Shown one piece after another: positions 1-14,280 of a DNA stretch of 64,000 nucleotides (position 1 is the first letter of the stretch; every line of letters starts with the position of its first letter). The stretch lies in assembly GCF_009914755.1 (NCBI RefSeq), contig NC_060929.1, one strand, 5' to 3'. Source of the DNA: the human T2T-CHM13v2.0 reference genome, Homo sapiens. The notes below the pieces were generated by a model. The model saw only the letters and a program-made list of their open reading frames with translations. It ran no database searches and was not told the DNA's origin. A program made the translations under genes and the position numbers.

Positions 1-3000
1 AATATAAAATTCCATTATATAAGAAATGTTATGCTATGTAAAAGGGCCTTAGAACATTAGAAAGAGTGAAATCTCATGGCAACACTAGCCAATATTACAA
101 GGATTCCACAAAGTCACATCCCCTGACTCACAAGGACCACATACAATTAACCTTCTATAGTAAACAAAACATAGGACCAGTATTTGTCCTGTCTCTCAAA
201 ATCAGCTTTATAAGCAGGCTGCATGGTTTTATTTTTCAGATTGAGAAACTGATACAATAAAAAGTCAGTGATTACCCTAAGTATAAATAGGAAAGATTTA
301 GCAGTTATGAGAACCCATTCACTATTTTCCTAATTCAGTATCTAAAGTTCTATTACTATATCCAGTAACTCTCAAAATGACCCTAGATTTTATAACATTT
401 CTGCCTCTTGAGCCAAATCTACTACCAAAGCAATGGGTTTAAGTATCTCACTTCCAAGTCCCTTTTTCTTTTAGGTAGTTGAGTTAAGGTCGATTCAATA
501 AAACTGAAAACAGTAGAAAAATTAAAAAGAAAATTTAATATATATACTATTAATAATGTTTTCTTTGCTATCTGTGAGACATGTTAGAGAAGAAAGATTG
601 GGGATTGTGAAAGATAGAAGATGAAGCAAATTATAGAAAAATAAGATTTATTTTTTTGCTCTATGATCTTAACTTCAGCTGAGAAACATATGAATTAATT
701 TTTGAAAGGATTATTGCCTGATATTATTATAGTACAATTCAAATTCTTCATTAGCAGCTCAACTTCCTTGAAGCCAGTAAAAGGAATGAAGTAGCATAAA
801 AATATGGCTTGTGATAGAGCTGCAGAAGTAATTGTTTTTAAAAGACTCCACGATCTCAATCCATTTTTTAATTTTTATCTTTTGTTGAAGTGACTTTTTA
901 AGGCAATTATATAACTACTGTACATATAAAGAAATCACAGAATTAGATACAATAGTAACATACATCTTGTAAAGCATACATATATCAACTTTTTGTAGGT
1001 AGATATTTCTTCAAATGTTGGCTGTGTAATAATTCTGAAGAATATCAAAACTAATCCAAGATAAAGAAGTTTTTTTTTTTTTTTTTTTTACTCATCAAAG
1101 GCCAACTGAGATCATTCATATGTTTCTTTGAATTTTCTATTTTTTAGCCTTAGGCAAGCAATTTGTAGGTCTAGGTTATTTAAGAGAGTGTGTAACACAA
1201 ATTAACTCACTTTTATTTCACAAATTCTCCAATGAAGAAAGCTGTGGATTGAACTCTGCTAGAAAAAGAGCCAGAAAGAACTCAAACACACTATCAGACA
1301 AATTGCCATATATAGGACACACATATATGCACTACACACTTTTACAGGTTCAAAAATAGGACATGCAATCAAAACAGAAATGACAATTGTGCCATGCAAC
1401 TCATCAGCATGCCCTCCATGGAGGTTTTGGTTTCTTGTACACACAATGCTGGAAACTTAAAATGTATATATATATATCTTCACATCTGGAAATTTTTTTT
1501 TAAAGACTCAATCATGACCTCAATGGAGAAGATTTTGATATGGCACCTATGAAATACAAATTGCTGCAATTAGACATTGAATATTTTAGAGGCTTTAGTA
1601 GATTCAGTAGGCTGATAGGTTTTTCAACTCATTCTTCACTTTTACTGATTTCTAGAACTGGCAATCCACACAAGGAGAAATCATCCCAACTGCATAATTC
1701 ATGGAACGTATTGTTACTATTAACAGTGCATAAAAAACTCACAAGATGACTGTTTTAGAAATCTTACCACTTTGTAATGCTAAGGACTCTCTACTTCCAG
1801 TTATTCATTTCTTCCTACCTTGCCAGAGCATTTTATTCACATTAATGTTCTATTTCCTATTTGATTGTTAGGATTTATCTGTAAAAGGCTCTTGAAACAC
1901 ATCTCTTTCATTCTCCATTTTTAATACATATAAAATATTTAGCAAAGTTTTATCAACACAGGCATAAGAATAAACATGTGGTTTTTGAACTAACATCTTC
2001 AGTGCTAAAAGCTTGAAATAAATTATTTCTGAGTTAGTAATCAAAGAGAACAGAACTCCTGTAATTTTGCTCTGTGAGGGTCAATGTAAAATTTGCCTTT
2101 ATTCCTTTCTTACATAATTCTCATTTTCTGGGGATTGTGAAGCATTCAGTAACTGATTTCTGGTTTGCTGCATTTTTAGCTTAAATTTCTCTAAATAAAA
2201 TTTGTTTCTGAATAATTTGTGAAAGTTCAGCATGCCATTTTTACAGATGCAGTATGCTATGTTTTTTAGATATCTAAAAATTTAACTTTAAGATACATTG
2301 GATCTCTGATTTTTAACCAAGAAACTTCAAATGTAGCCCAGAGAATTTATTAAGCTGATACTTGACATGTTACAGAATGAAGAAAATACAGTGATGGGTT
2401 TATAATTTATTGTCATCATTCGAATTCCATGGGAAGAGCAATAAGGCTTGATTTCAAGCAGATTATCATTAATATACTAATTTTAAGAACTTACAAAAGA
2501 AAATTAAATCATTATTTAATCATGATTTGATATTGTTTGTGACAACCTCAGGGATTTGAATATTGAGGTAAGAAAAAAAAACCATACACCCTCCCTTGGT
2601 CTTTTGAAGTCATCATAAGGAAGACTTTATGTATTATATATATATATTTCCCCTTGTATCAGTGATAGGACGTAGGATGGAGGTGAGGTGAACTATAGGC
2701 ATATTTTAGGTACACAAGTAACACTGAAGAAAGCCTGGACTTGAGAGAAGGTGAACTGAGAAGGAGTTTGTATGGCTGGGACAGAAGTTACAGTGAGGGA
2801 ACATACATTGCTTGTTGGAGAGCCTTAAAGTTTCTCACCAGGAGTTTCAATTTAATTAGAGAAATAGCCACAAGTCACTGAACACTTAGAAGAAGAATGA
2901 GGAAGTTATAAAGCCTGGTATAATGCTTAGTAGATGATCAATAAGTATTTTGTTTTATACAGATGCCTACAAATGGTTCTTATTTTGAGTTTCAAAACCT

Positions 3001-4319
3001 AATAACCAGTGTTGGTAAATATAAGAACCAGTTCTAGAGAGCTTAATAAAATAGTTATAGAACTGCAATGTAGGACAAACACAGAAGAAAAGCCAATTTA
3101 TATGTGTTTTTGGGCATTTTCATAATGTAGAGCATATGTTTAGAAACCCAGATTCAAATCTAGGACATCAGAATAGCTAGGATACTGAATCCCAGCAGAA
3201 TTTCCAATGGGGGAATCTTTCTCCCCTCCCTCCTTTCTCCCCTCTCCTCTGGCCCCACTTGTTTCTCTACAACCAAGCCCATGCCTCAGCTATTGATTGT
3301 ACCCACGAGGATGAGCCAAGATAGCCACACTGGTTACCCTTCTCTCTGCCTCCTTAGGGGTGAGTGAGATCAGGACAGGAAGTACAAGGATGTTCACCAG
3401 CCAGAGGCTGGCTCTGAACAGACTTGATCACTGTGCCTTTTCTAAGCCCTGGTTGAGCCACTTGCTTCTCTGATGAAGAAAGAAGCCACAAGAGAGTCAA
3501 TAACAGGATAGGAGGAGAGAAGACGCTATTTCCCTCTTAATGCAGCAAAGTGAATGCAGTGCTCTCTGGAACTTTGAAAGAAGAGGGCATGAAGTAAGGT
3601 AATGAATGCAAAAAAACTTTTTGAGATGAAAAATACCTTTGGAAGGATTTCTTCCAAAAAATCTGGGGTAATCAAAGGGATTTGAGCCAAGAAAATAGCA
3701 TGAGGATTTCAGGAGGAACTTTTTGTGTTAAGGGTGAATGTGGCTGAAGAGATACGATGAAGAGAAAGGAAAAGGAGGAAAAGAAGATGAAGAAAACCAT
3801 ATTTTTGATGTATAACTGCTTTCATGTAACCCACCTACTTTCTTCTTTATTTGTGTTTGATAACTTACTAATGATCAGCTCCCAGGCACTGTAATATTTT
3901 TAGATAATTTTTACATTTTAAAAATAAGTTTGAGCAACCATGGAGACTGAAGGATTTTTGCAAGGATTGTTGAAGAAAAAATAATGTTGGAAACTATTTT
4001 GCCTGTGCTGTCATATTTCTGTGTAATTTAGAACAACTCAGCAGCTTCATCGTAAGGTCTCCTGATATTAACTTGCTCCCTGAAACCCTCAGTTTGATTT
4101 TAGAGTATTTAATAAACATCCCTTTAATGTAAAAATTCAGCTGACTATACATTATCAAATCACCCAAATCACCACAATCGCTGCTATATCATCCCAATCT
4201 CCAGGAATATTGCAAGTTTAGATGGTCTGGGAATACACAGGATCTCAGGCACTTAGGTATCTTGATTTATGAAGTGCTGTCCTTCATTAAAATAACAAAG
4301 AACCCCAGCATAAGAATAT

Positions 4320-5070
4320 TCTATCACCAAGTCTTGTTGATTTTTACCTCCTATAGGTAAACCTACCAGTTTCCCTCCATCTCTACCTCTGACAGTTCTA
4401 ATCCAAACCTCCATCATCTTTCACCTGGATTTTTGCCATGGCCTCCTAATTGGTCTCCAGGTATCCATTCTTACCCCTTCAATATGTTTTCTACAATGCA
4501 GCCACAGAGGTATTTTCAAAAGGCAAACATGATTCTACTGCTTTTGATTTACAGATCTTTCAATGGCTCCCCCACAGTGTTTTGGGGAAAGACCCAAACC
4601 TTAACATGGTCAATGAGTTCTACACAGTCTGGACATTGTCCTTCCACCCCAGTGTTGTTATGCACTCTGATCACCCACACTGTCTTTGCTTCCACCTTCT
4701 CTAAACTCCAGTAGTTTTTTAATTCTTGAAATGCAACATGGTTCCTCTTGTCACATGGCCTTTGTGTGTGTTGTCTCCTCTGCTTTAAACACCTCCTCTC
4801 TTTCTTGTTTTTGCTTTATTAAGGCCTATTTTACACTTCATATCTCAGGTCTTATTTGGCTTCCTTAGAGAATCCTTAACCCCTGGCTAGTAAAAATTTT
4901 CCTATATTTGCTCTTTCAGCAATATGTACCTCTTTTTCACAACATTTAAAACAGTTGTTTCCATCAGTGACTAATTGATTCCTGGGTTCTCCACTGGGTC
5001 TAAGTTCTATTGTATCCTAAGTGTCTGGCACAGGAACTGGCTTAAAGTAGGTTCTCGGAGAATACTAGAA
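4320..5070 (+). mobile_element. LINE-2 (L2) 3' fragment
   Basis: L2-type motifs 'catctttcacctgga...gcctcctaattggtctcc...gcagccacagag...caatggctcccc' and terminal 'gtgtctggcacag...tagg'. Boundaries approximate. Confidence 0.7.
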
Positions 5071-6418
5071 TCATTTAAATAAAACACAAAATGCACATTT
5101 ATAATTGATTCTTATGTATGGATTAGCCAGCTAGGTTATACTTCCTGGCTTGCCCTGAGTGAAATAATGTCTTCTGAAGTAGTGACTTCTAAGATGACGG
5201 GCTTTCATTTCTAGATACTTTTTTGTAAAAATTGTTTCTCACTCACCCCTCTGCACAAGGGTGCATGTGCACACATACATACATAATTTTACCAAGCTAA
5301 GTTCTCACACTAGGTATTATTATCTGGCAATTCTTATTTAAAAAGAAAAATTTCTTCCTCAGTGAATGAAGTATGGATACTTAACCCAATTTAGCAAATA
5401 TTATATGTAAACGTATGTGTTCATCATTAAATTTCTAAAAAGGAGGGAGAGAAATACTTCTTGAAAGGGTGAATTTTTCAATGAGTTTAAAGTATTTCCA
5501 AATTTGATGTTGTAATTCACTATTTTTACCTGCAGTCTAGGGGAAAACGCCAACAATACCTTTCCAGCAGACAATCTATAACCATCTTTAATCATGCATT
5601 ATTTTAGGACAGCAATACATACATTGCTGAAATAGAGTATTTGGACTTGCCTAAAAAATTATGTCTACTACTAAAATGTGTTATAATCAGAGCTAGTTAG
5701 AGTAGTTCCCAGGCACATGGAAGCACATTGAGTCCAATAAATAATCTCTGGCAAGTTGTGACAGAAAGTACACTAGCAAGCGTACTGATGTGGGTCAAGA
5801 CTGATATTTTTTAATGCCACTTCAACTGTGGGGGAGTAATTAGGTCCTCTGTGTCCCTTGTCAGTTTCTCATAGCAGCATGGTGTGCAAGGACGTACAGA
5901 CAGCTAGTGCTGAAAAATGGGTAATATCAACATGAAAGCCCATCAAGAAGATGAAAAGTATTCACTTATCATTCACTAAACAAATACCAGAAAGCAGAAA
6001 CTCTGTTATAATTTCACCTCATTTTCTCTGTTATGGTACACCTGACAATACAGTCAAAACAGCAGGGTCTGGATACCGTAATGTGGAATTCCAAGTATTC
6101 AATTCACCAATAAATGTATTTCCCAAATGAATACTAATATTTGCCTATAATATAGCATGTCTGAAATTGAGAAATAAAATAAAAATTCAAATCTATTTCT
6201 TATTTACAACAAGAGGTTCTGATCTGGAGGATGTAATAGGAAATTAGAGTTGAAAAGATACAGTAAGCATGAATGAGCAATACCTAGGATACTCACAGAA
6301 ACAAAGAACAGGGCATATTTTCATAGGCAGCTTCTCTTTATTATCATCTCTGGGTCCAGAGAAAGGCTCACAACTTTCAAACAAGAAAGAGCTCCTACTA
6401 GGCTGTGGGGGAACTTAC

Positions 6419-6530
6419 CACATCCCTGGACTCTCCTTCTTTAGGGGTAAGGATGACTGAGAGCAAAATGATTCCAAGATCATGGTCAGGATAATGAGGA
6501 TCTTTCAGAGTAAGGGTCACATCTGTGGGC
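6419..6530 (-). CDS. MCTP1: MCTP1 internal coding exon (112 nt; end of first C2 domain: (R)PTDVTLTLKDPHYPDHDLGIILLSVILTPKEGESRDV)
   Basis: Acceptor tctatcacAG|G and donor GTG|GTAAGT. Phase 2 to 0, in frame with the 8680-8759 exon. Peptide recognised as MCTP1. Not in the ORF track. Confidence 0.96.
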
Positions 6531-6849
6531 CTGTGATAGAAAATATTTAGATTTTGAACAGTCATTAAATGAATAAGCCAAATATATTTTTATTAATGCT
6601 TTATTATTTTAAGATAAAAAGTAATTTTGTCTTCCTTTACTTTCTTGGGACAATTTTTGTTATTAAAATATTATCAGTGTATTAAGTTATCCAATAAACT
6701 GCGTGTAGATCTGAATACCCCAGATGAATTTCTGCTTTCTAAACCCATGAAGGTTCCAGAAAGTGGTTGAAAAGGTCAAGACTACAACCCTATTAAGAAG
6801 CCTATCAGTCTCCTTTCTATGCTCTCTAAACCCACAGAGAGTAGCGCCA

Positions 6850-7002
6850 TACATATACACAAGTGTGTGTGTGTATACACATACACACACACACGCAAAT
6901 ATATATATATACATATATATGTATATATATATACACATATACATATATATGTATATATATATACACATATACATACACACACATATACACTAAATACACA
7001 TA
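6850..7002. repeat. Compound (CA/TA/TG) microsatellite with a 30-bp internal duplication (6911-6940 / 6941-6970)
   Basis: Read directly: acatatatatgtatatatatatacacatat x2. Confidence 0.95.
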
Positions 7003-8679
7003 TGGGGTTACAGTCTGACTTAGTTCATTTTCATGTAATGATTACATACAAAAATTAATAGAAAAAACTTCATTACATTTTTTAATGATTACATGATAAA
7101 AACATAAGAACATTTACAACTGCCTTATGATGTATTATTCTTTCAGAGGTACCTCAATGTATTACATAGTATAATAACATAAATATTTATATGGCTACAA
7201 TTGTTATCACTTTTTCTATACCCAGAGACTATTGATTTATATTTAGAATAAAACAGCATACACAAATAGGTTATTTTAAAAAGTAGTAATTAGATGTTTA
7301 TGTGGTTTTGAGGAGAGGGAATTGCTAGTAAAATACATAAAATATGTTATGTAGCAAAATACACACCAAATGCTCATGTATAAATAATCTCTTTTAATTT
7401 TTGAAATTATTCCAAATTGTCACCATTTAAAATTATTTTTCACCGATGATTTATCTTTCATAGGAAACAAGATAAATTTATGCTTTGGGATTAAGTCTAG
7501 TCACTTGATATCCTTATGCAGAGGTCTAAGAGAAAGTACCTGTGAAGTTTACAGAAGAACAGTACAGTCTATTCCAGATTGAGCTCAGTTTTCATAATAG
7601 ACTCCATGCAACACCACTTAGGGCACTTCCTACAGCGGCAGGGAGGTGTGAGCCTGTGCTAGGTTATAGGCTGGAATGAAGGACTTACAGAAAAAGTACA
7701 GGAAAGGCTGCTCTTTTGTCCAGTCTGAGGCAACAATGACTATTGGAAGACCAATAAGCCATTGTGCTCAAACTAAGTTGATTGTAATGCATAAGTGAGT
7801 TCTACACTTTATATTTCTCTAGTCATCTACATTTACAGAAATAGAAAGTAGTGATCTGGCTCATTACTCTGCTTTCCTGTTTTCCATCATCCCTGGGGCA
7901 TGATGTAACATGATCATCCAAAACAGCCAGGAATTCCTTCTCCTTAAAACCATCAAAGAAGGTTTCACAGTTCCCTTTGCAACCTATTTCAGCATGCATG
8001 ATCTTTTCTAATGGTATTTTTTTATTCTATAATACAAATCAATTCTTAGTTCCTATGTTGAAATTCACTTTGAAAAATATAAGCCCATTATTAGGTGTAA
8101 GGAATGATTAATATTAGTAACAATAGTAACTTTGCAACTAGGGAAGCAATGATAAGTAGTGTAACTGAGCAAATACAACAAACCTGCCTCCACCTTAGGA
8201 GCATTCCTTGGTAATCCGGCAATGGCAAAATCAGATTCTACCATGGCTCGAGTGACAAGAGAGTTGCTGTTTCTGAAGCAAAGTGTACACACTGCATTTT
8301 ATATATAGTAGTCCAATTCTTAATAATTATGACTAACGTGCATAATCTTTTTTTATGCCCCATTAAAACCATATGGGCAATATGAAAGGAAGGAATGTCT
8401 CTTTTATCTCTCGATTCCTGGTGCTTAGCACAGTACTGGGGAACAGAGCAAGTAGGTATCCAAGAAGTTTTCGGTTGAAAAGTTGTTGAATGAGGTAGTC
8501 AGGGAAGATGCTATTATTTCCACTGGGTAAGTGAGGAAGATGGATTTGAGAAAGGCTGACTAGCAGGAAGGCTCACCACTATAAATGACAGAACTAGACC
8601 CCAGATCAGCTGACATTTTCTGTTACACAAGCCCACTGCATGACAAGGGGTGGTGATATTACAGCAGTTCAAAAGTTAC

Positions 8680-8759
8680 CTGTTTAACTCCAATTGTGTC
8701 AGATCCAGAAAGGCTGAGCCCATAAAGTCATCCTGTAGTCCAAAATCATAGTCAAATAC
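8680..8759 (-). CDS. MCTP1: MCTP1 internal coding exon (80 nt; VFDYDFGLQDDFMGSAFLDLTQLELN(R), C2 Ca2+-binding loop)
   Basis: Acceptor ttttctctttggcatctcAG|GTA and donor CAG|GTAACT. Phase 0 to 2. Contains the canonical C2 'VFDYD...DDFMG' motif. Not in the ORF track. Confidence 0.97.
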
Positions 8760-9339
8760 CTGAGATGCCAAAGAGAAAAAGCCTTGTTATAAATATCTCC
8801 AATATAAGCTTTATGTGATAATGTCTTGGTCATAAAATGTTGGTTGTCTATGTCACCAAAAGCATACTAATATTTGTATTTTAAAATAATTGTTTTTGTA
8901 CTTTGGAATATTAGAGTCTCACGAAACACTTAAAGAAAACTACATTTTATTTTTTACTTAATATTACTGATGGATTATATCAAACAGAACTTTAAGATAG
9001 ATGTAACATAATCAAATAAAATATAGTAAATCTTCAAAAATGTGGGGAAAAGCATAGAATTCAACAAGTATGTCTTTCATATTGGGCTATGATTGATGAG
9101 AATATGATTCCAATATCTTCGTATTTTTTAGGCCATTAAAGATACATTTTGTGATATAGGACAATGCCACTTTAAACATACAAATAAGTAAAAAGATACT
9201 ATGATTAACCTACTTTATACAGTTATACTAAGGTTAAGTTAAAATAAAGTTTTATTGTCACAAACAATTACTGGGGGATAATACTAATATACCTAACAAC
9301 ATAAAAACTAAAATGAAAAGAAAAGAAAGAGATAATGCG

Positions 9340-10150
9340 TTTCTTCCTTTTATCAATACTCTATCCAGTATCTTCTCTGTGTTTTGTGTGGTTCTTATTC
9401 ACTCTATGGTAAGTAAGACAATGTCTCTGACCTCTTGGATTGTACATGGAGGGTCTGGGATGGCCTATAAATACCTAAATACAGTTCAGTTATAAGTGCT
9501 ATGGAGCAAATAAATGTCTAAGAGGTGTGTGGGGAGCTGCTATTTTAGATGAGGAGACCAGGAACTCCTCTCTGAGGAAGGATATTTGTGTAGACACCCA
9601 AATAATGGGAAGGAGTACGCATGCTAGCAAGAGCAAGAGCCCTCCAGCTGAAGGAAACGGCAAGCCCAGGAGAGGGACTGATGTGTTTCACACATCAGTT
9701 GTGATCAGCAAGAAACCAGTGGGGTTGAAGCAAATGGAGAGAGACAGATAATGGAAGGATGCTGGAGGGATAGTTCAGAGCTAGATCAGTTAGGACCACT
9801 TCCAAAGGATGCTAAGTAAATGGGAACTGGCTAACTTCCATCCATCTATTAATTTTGTCACTCATTCATTCCCTCAGCCAATATTGGCTAAGTACTTATT
9901 ATGTGCCAGGCAATATGCTAGGAACTGAGTAAACAGTGGTAAGCAAAAATGCCATTCTCAACGCTTACAGTTTAGTGAGGGAGACAGACGTTAAACAAGG
10001 AAGCACATAGATGATATGTGGTTACAAATTCTGATAAGTGTTTTAAGGAAAAGAAGAGAGAACGAAGAGAAAGTAAGGAAGTAAGTAAGGAAGATCAGGG
10101 AAACCGTTTACGATGGAAAAAAAAAACGTTACCAGATGAAATTTAGAGCT
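9340..10150 (-). mobile_element. L2 fragments (two pieces)
   Basis: 'cattcattc...tacttattatgtgccagg...gcttacagtttagtgagggagacagac' is the reverse complement of the L2 3' end. Approximate. Confidence 0.65.
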
Positions 10151-11829
10151 GTCACTTCCTGACCTTTTCAGGTAGAAAACATTTGTATTGAACACTGGAG
10201 TAATTGAGCATAACCAGATAAATCTGCTCTTGAATGGATGACCTGGGCCTTTGGTTGCTCCAGGATATGAGAATCCATGAAGCTGAATCAACAGCCCAGC
10301 ACTCCTATGCTCAATTCTTGGCACAACAGTTAGAAAGCTCAAAGCAGAGCATTCCTGAATCAGTTGCTCTTTTTTTTTTTTTTTATTTTTTTCTCTATTA
10401 CAGGTGTACTTCAATTTAAGAAAATTTAATATGTAAAAAATTGATACTTAAATAAAAAGATAAATACTTTGCATTACAAAAGGATTCTTAGATTTGAAGA
10501 GTCACATGGGGATTTATTTAAGTAATAAGCTCCCTTAATGCCTTTTAAATTATTCAATTTGCAGTCATTTGATTTACATACAACCTTTCAAGAATGCACT
10601 TATTGTAGAAAGCTCAGCACTCCTGCAATAAATATTCTCCTTGATCAATTACACTTCTGAGCTTTAGTCATCTGCTCAGTGGTATAGCATATGCATGTAC
10701 TGCACATCTTATGCAACTGACATCTCTGTATTTGCAAGTGGCTGCAGCAGTGTATTTCACAATATACAATTTACACCAAAACATTGGAGAAATTTCTCTT
10801 GTGGAATCTCATCTAATCATATCATCCTTAGGCTTAAAATCTTGGGGGAGAAAATAGGTGGCATATAATCAGTGAGATCACCTGAGGTTCACCCACACAC
10901 ATGAGGTTGAGAGCTGTGAATCCAGTGAATTTATTAGTGCAGACAGCCCAACTGGGCGATTCAACATCCAACCTCTTTTCACTCTCCTAGTGAGAGTCTT
11001 TCCTATTATCCTAATGCTAGATGTCTACTTTAACTCTCAATTCCTATTAATCTGCAAAGGCATAAACATGGGAAGAAAAGGAAACACTAGAATCCATGCA
11101 TTAATGACATTATTAGCTATGCTGTTTGGTTCCAAGCTCTACACACTATTTGTCAGAGGGAGCATTGCTCTAAGTGAGCTTTAGAAATACAGAGCATAGG
11201 AGAGAGATAAAATAGGAAAAGGTACTCCCACTGCACTAACAACAAGCACAGTTCATGCTTATTAATGTTTATTCAATATTTACTAGGCACAACCTGGTTA
11301 ACAAGGTATTGTTGTTTCTATTTTTCAGATAATGAATCCAAAGCTGAAAAAAACACATGTTATTTTCCCCCCAAATCCTAGGGCTAGGAAGACACGAGAT
11401 TCAAATCTTGTTGTATTGAGTGTCATAAACAGAGTGTGTTTAAATTTCACAAATATGTCTTAGGCACCCACTCTAAGAGAAGCACTGAGAGTTAAAACAT
11501 GAATGATTTAGATGAGATCCTTGCTTTCATGGGTCCTTCACACCACTAGTTGGAAACATTAGGTAACAGGTAGAAGTTGCTTGGGACTTGGTAACACCTT
11601 CTGCATTCTCAAGTGACTTTAGAACAAGAAATATTTAATTTAAAACAACAAATTCACCTTACTGTTTACTAAAAATCCATTGGGAAGTGTATCAGTTAAA
11701 ATGCTTTTGTTTTTGTTTTTAACACAAAATTCAACTCAACTGGCTTCAATTTCTAGCTCAAATGACTGAAGAAATGTCTATAGGTAATTATGGCTTCTGG
11801 GAAGTTTTAATTTGGCGGTTCAAATTATT

Positions 11830-12460
11830 CATGCACTTATTAATTCATTTATTTGAAAAATATTTGGTGAGCACCCACAATGTTCCAAGTACTGTTCTAG
11901 GCATTTGAAATACAGCAGTGATCAAAACAGTCAAAGTCTTTGATTTCTTGGAGCTTACATATGGGGTGGGGAGAGACAGACAATAAAGAAATACATATGC
12001 CAAGTAGCAGTGATAAATGTTAAGGAGAAGAATATTTCAGAGTACTGGAGTGATGGGAACTACTATTTATACATGATGTTCAGAAAGGACAACGAGAGTG
12101 GGAGGTGTTTCCCCATGATGGGAAAAGTGTGTTTCATAATGAGGGAATAGGAAAGTGCAATCCATGATGAGGAAAGTGTCTCCTGCAAGGGGGGAAGAGG
12201 AAGTGGAGAGGCACTGAGGAAACTGGCCAGGGGCCAGTGAGGCTGAAAGTAGTAAGCAAGAGAAGAGTGCTGGAACATTAGTTCAGGCTTAGGCCGTGGG
12301 GCCTACCATCATATTTTAAAGTCTGGGAGAAGGATCCAGAGAGGAGACTGAGAAGGAACAGCTACTGAGGGAGCAGGAAAACCAGGAGAGTGGTATCCTG
12401 AAAACAAACTGAAGAAAGAATGTTAAGATGGAGGAAGTAGTTAACTGTATCAAAGGTAAA
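11830..12460 (-). mobile_element. L2 fragment
   Basis: 'attcatttattt...gagcacccacaatgttccaagtactgttctaggc...ggagcttacat' and 'ggaggagactgagaagga...aaaccaggagagtgg'. Confidence 0.65.
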
Positions 12461-13884
12461 TGATACAGCCTAATCCCATTTCTGCCTCTCCAGTTCTCTA
12501 TCAGAGCTTCCTCATCATTACTGCCTCAATAGCTGCCCCAGGATGCTAATGGCCTGCCAGGACATCCAGAGTGGCATGCTTCTTTACTCAAGTCTAGTGG
12601 GGAAGCGTGAGCTGCTTTGTCCCAGCATTCCCAGCAAAGTACTGAATCCGTTCCAGATGGGCCAGCTCATATCACATGCCTATTTATTGGCCAAAGATAT
12701 GGAAGTGGCTTAATGGCTAGCATAGGTTGCCTTTATTTTTAAAGGCAATGGTGAAGTCAGTGTCCATGGAACCATATGGATCTTCAAAGAGAAAAATTGG
12801 GAGCCCATAGAAAAGGTAAAAAGAGATACACATTTGGAAAATCCTCAACTAATATCCCTAACAGAGAATCCAAACTAGGGTTCTTATGATGGCTCCAGGT
12901 GCCATGATACTTGCCCCTCTAGAGCTAAAGCTAGTTGACACCCACCTGTAGCTCAGTCCTGGTCTTGGCTTTAGGAAAACTCCTGATATGAATCAGGGAG
13001 ACTTTCAGGATTTCTAATTCAAGGCTTTGTCTCAGCATCAAGTTACCCTTGCCAAAGGTTCTGCACCTTACAAACTGACATCCCTGATGCTGGCCTATGT
13101 GTTAGTTTTGGGATCTCACTCAGGTCTTGCTTTGACCACCCACGTGGACATTCCCTTAAATCCATGTTCGGCATCCTTCTCCCCCAGTGCTTACTGATTG
13201 CATGGAGAAACATCTCTTTCTTATGTTATTCACTCTGAATATTGTTTTCTTCTTGCCTCTATTATGTAGTTGTCTGGCTGAGTAGTATGTCTGTATCCTA
13301 GGAAACTTGTACCTGGGCTAGATGGAACAGCCTCGTTTATTTCTTCAACCTCTGTCTTCACTTTGTTTTGAACTTTATTTCTGATCTATTCCCCTATTTC
13401 CAGCATCTCTGGAATCTGCTTTTGTTGCCTAGGCATTTTGCTTGCCTGGTCTCTGTCTACAAACTGAAAATAGCTCTATCTCCTCCCTGTGATACCGTAC
13501 TCTGATCTTGCCCAGTCCTTGGGTTCTACCTTGACACCAAGCAATATGGTTAATATCCCCATAGGATTTTTCCCAGCCCCAGTATTGGGGAAATGGACAA
13601 TGGATGTAGGGATAATTTGGCCCTTCCATGTCTACCCTTTCCTATTGCAGTTCACTGTCCGTGCCTAATTATGCTCTGAATTATGACAGGGAGTATCTAA
13701 TTGGCACTCATTCAGTAATATGACATCGCTCCTTAGAATTTTCTATTGCATTCCTTACATGGTAATTTCTATGATTGAATTAGTAATAATATACTTATAA
13801 TATCTCATTTTTCTATTTCCCACAGAATATATGATAGTATATCCAATTTCAAAATAATCTAAAAATATTTTAGTGTTAGTTTAC

Positions 13885-14280
<396 letters not shown>

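Noticed and set aside
1-6418. Further MCTP1 exons downstream of the 112-nt exon
   Set aside because: I scanned the - strand by eye for the expected following peptide and found no matching exon with splice sites. It probably lies beyond the window edge, although a micro-exon could have been missed.
6687-7058. Four overlapping ORFs rich in Y/I/H/T/C/V
   Set aside because: Translation artefacts of the CA/TA microsatellite.
12900-13700. GC-richer stretch with a 66-aa ORF, possibly an ancient retroviral internal sequence or pseudogene
   Set aside because: No recognisable protein motif or repeat family. It cannot be classified without a Dfam or BLAST search.
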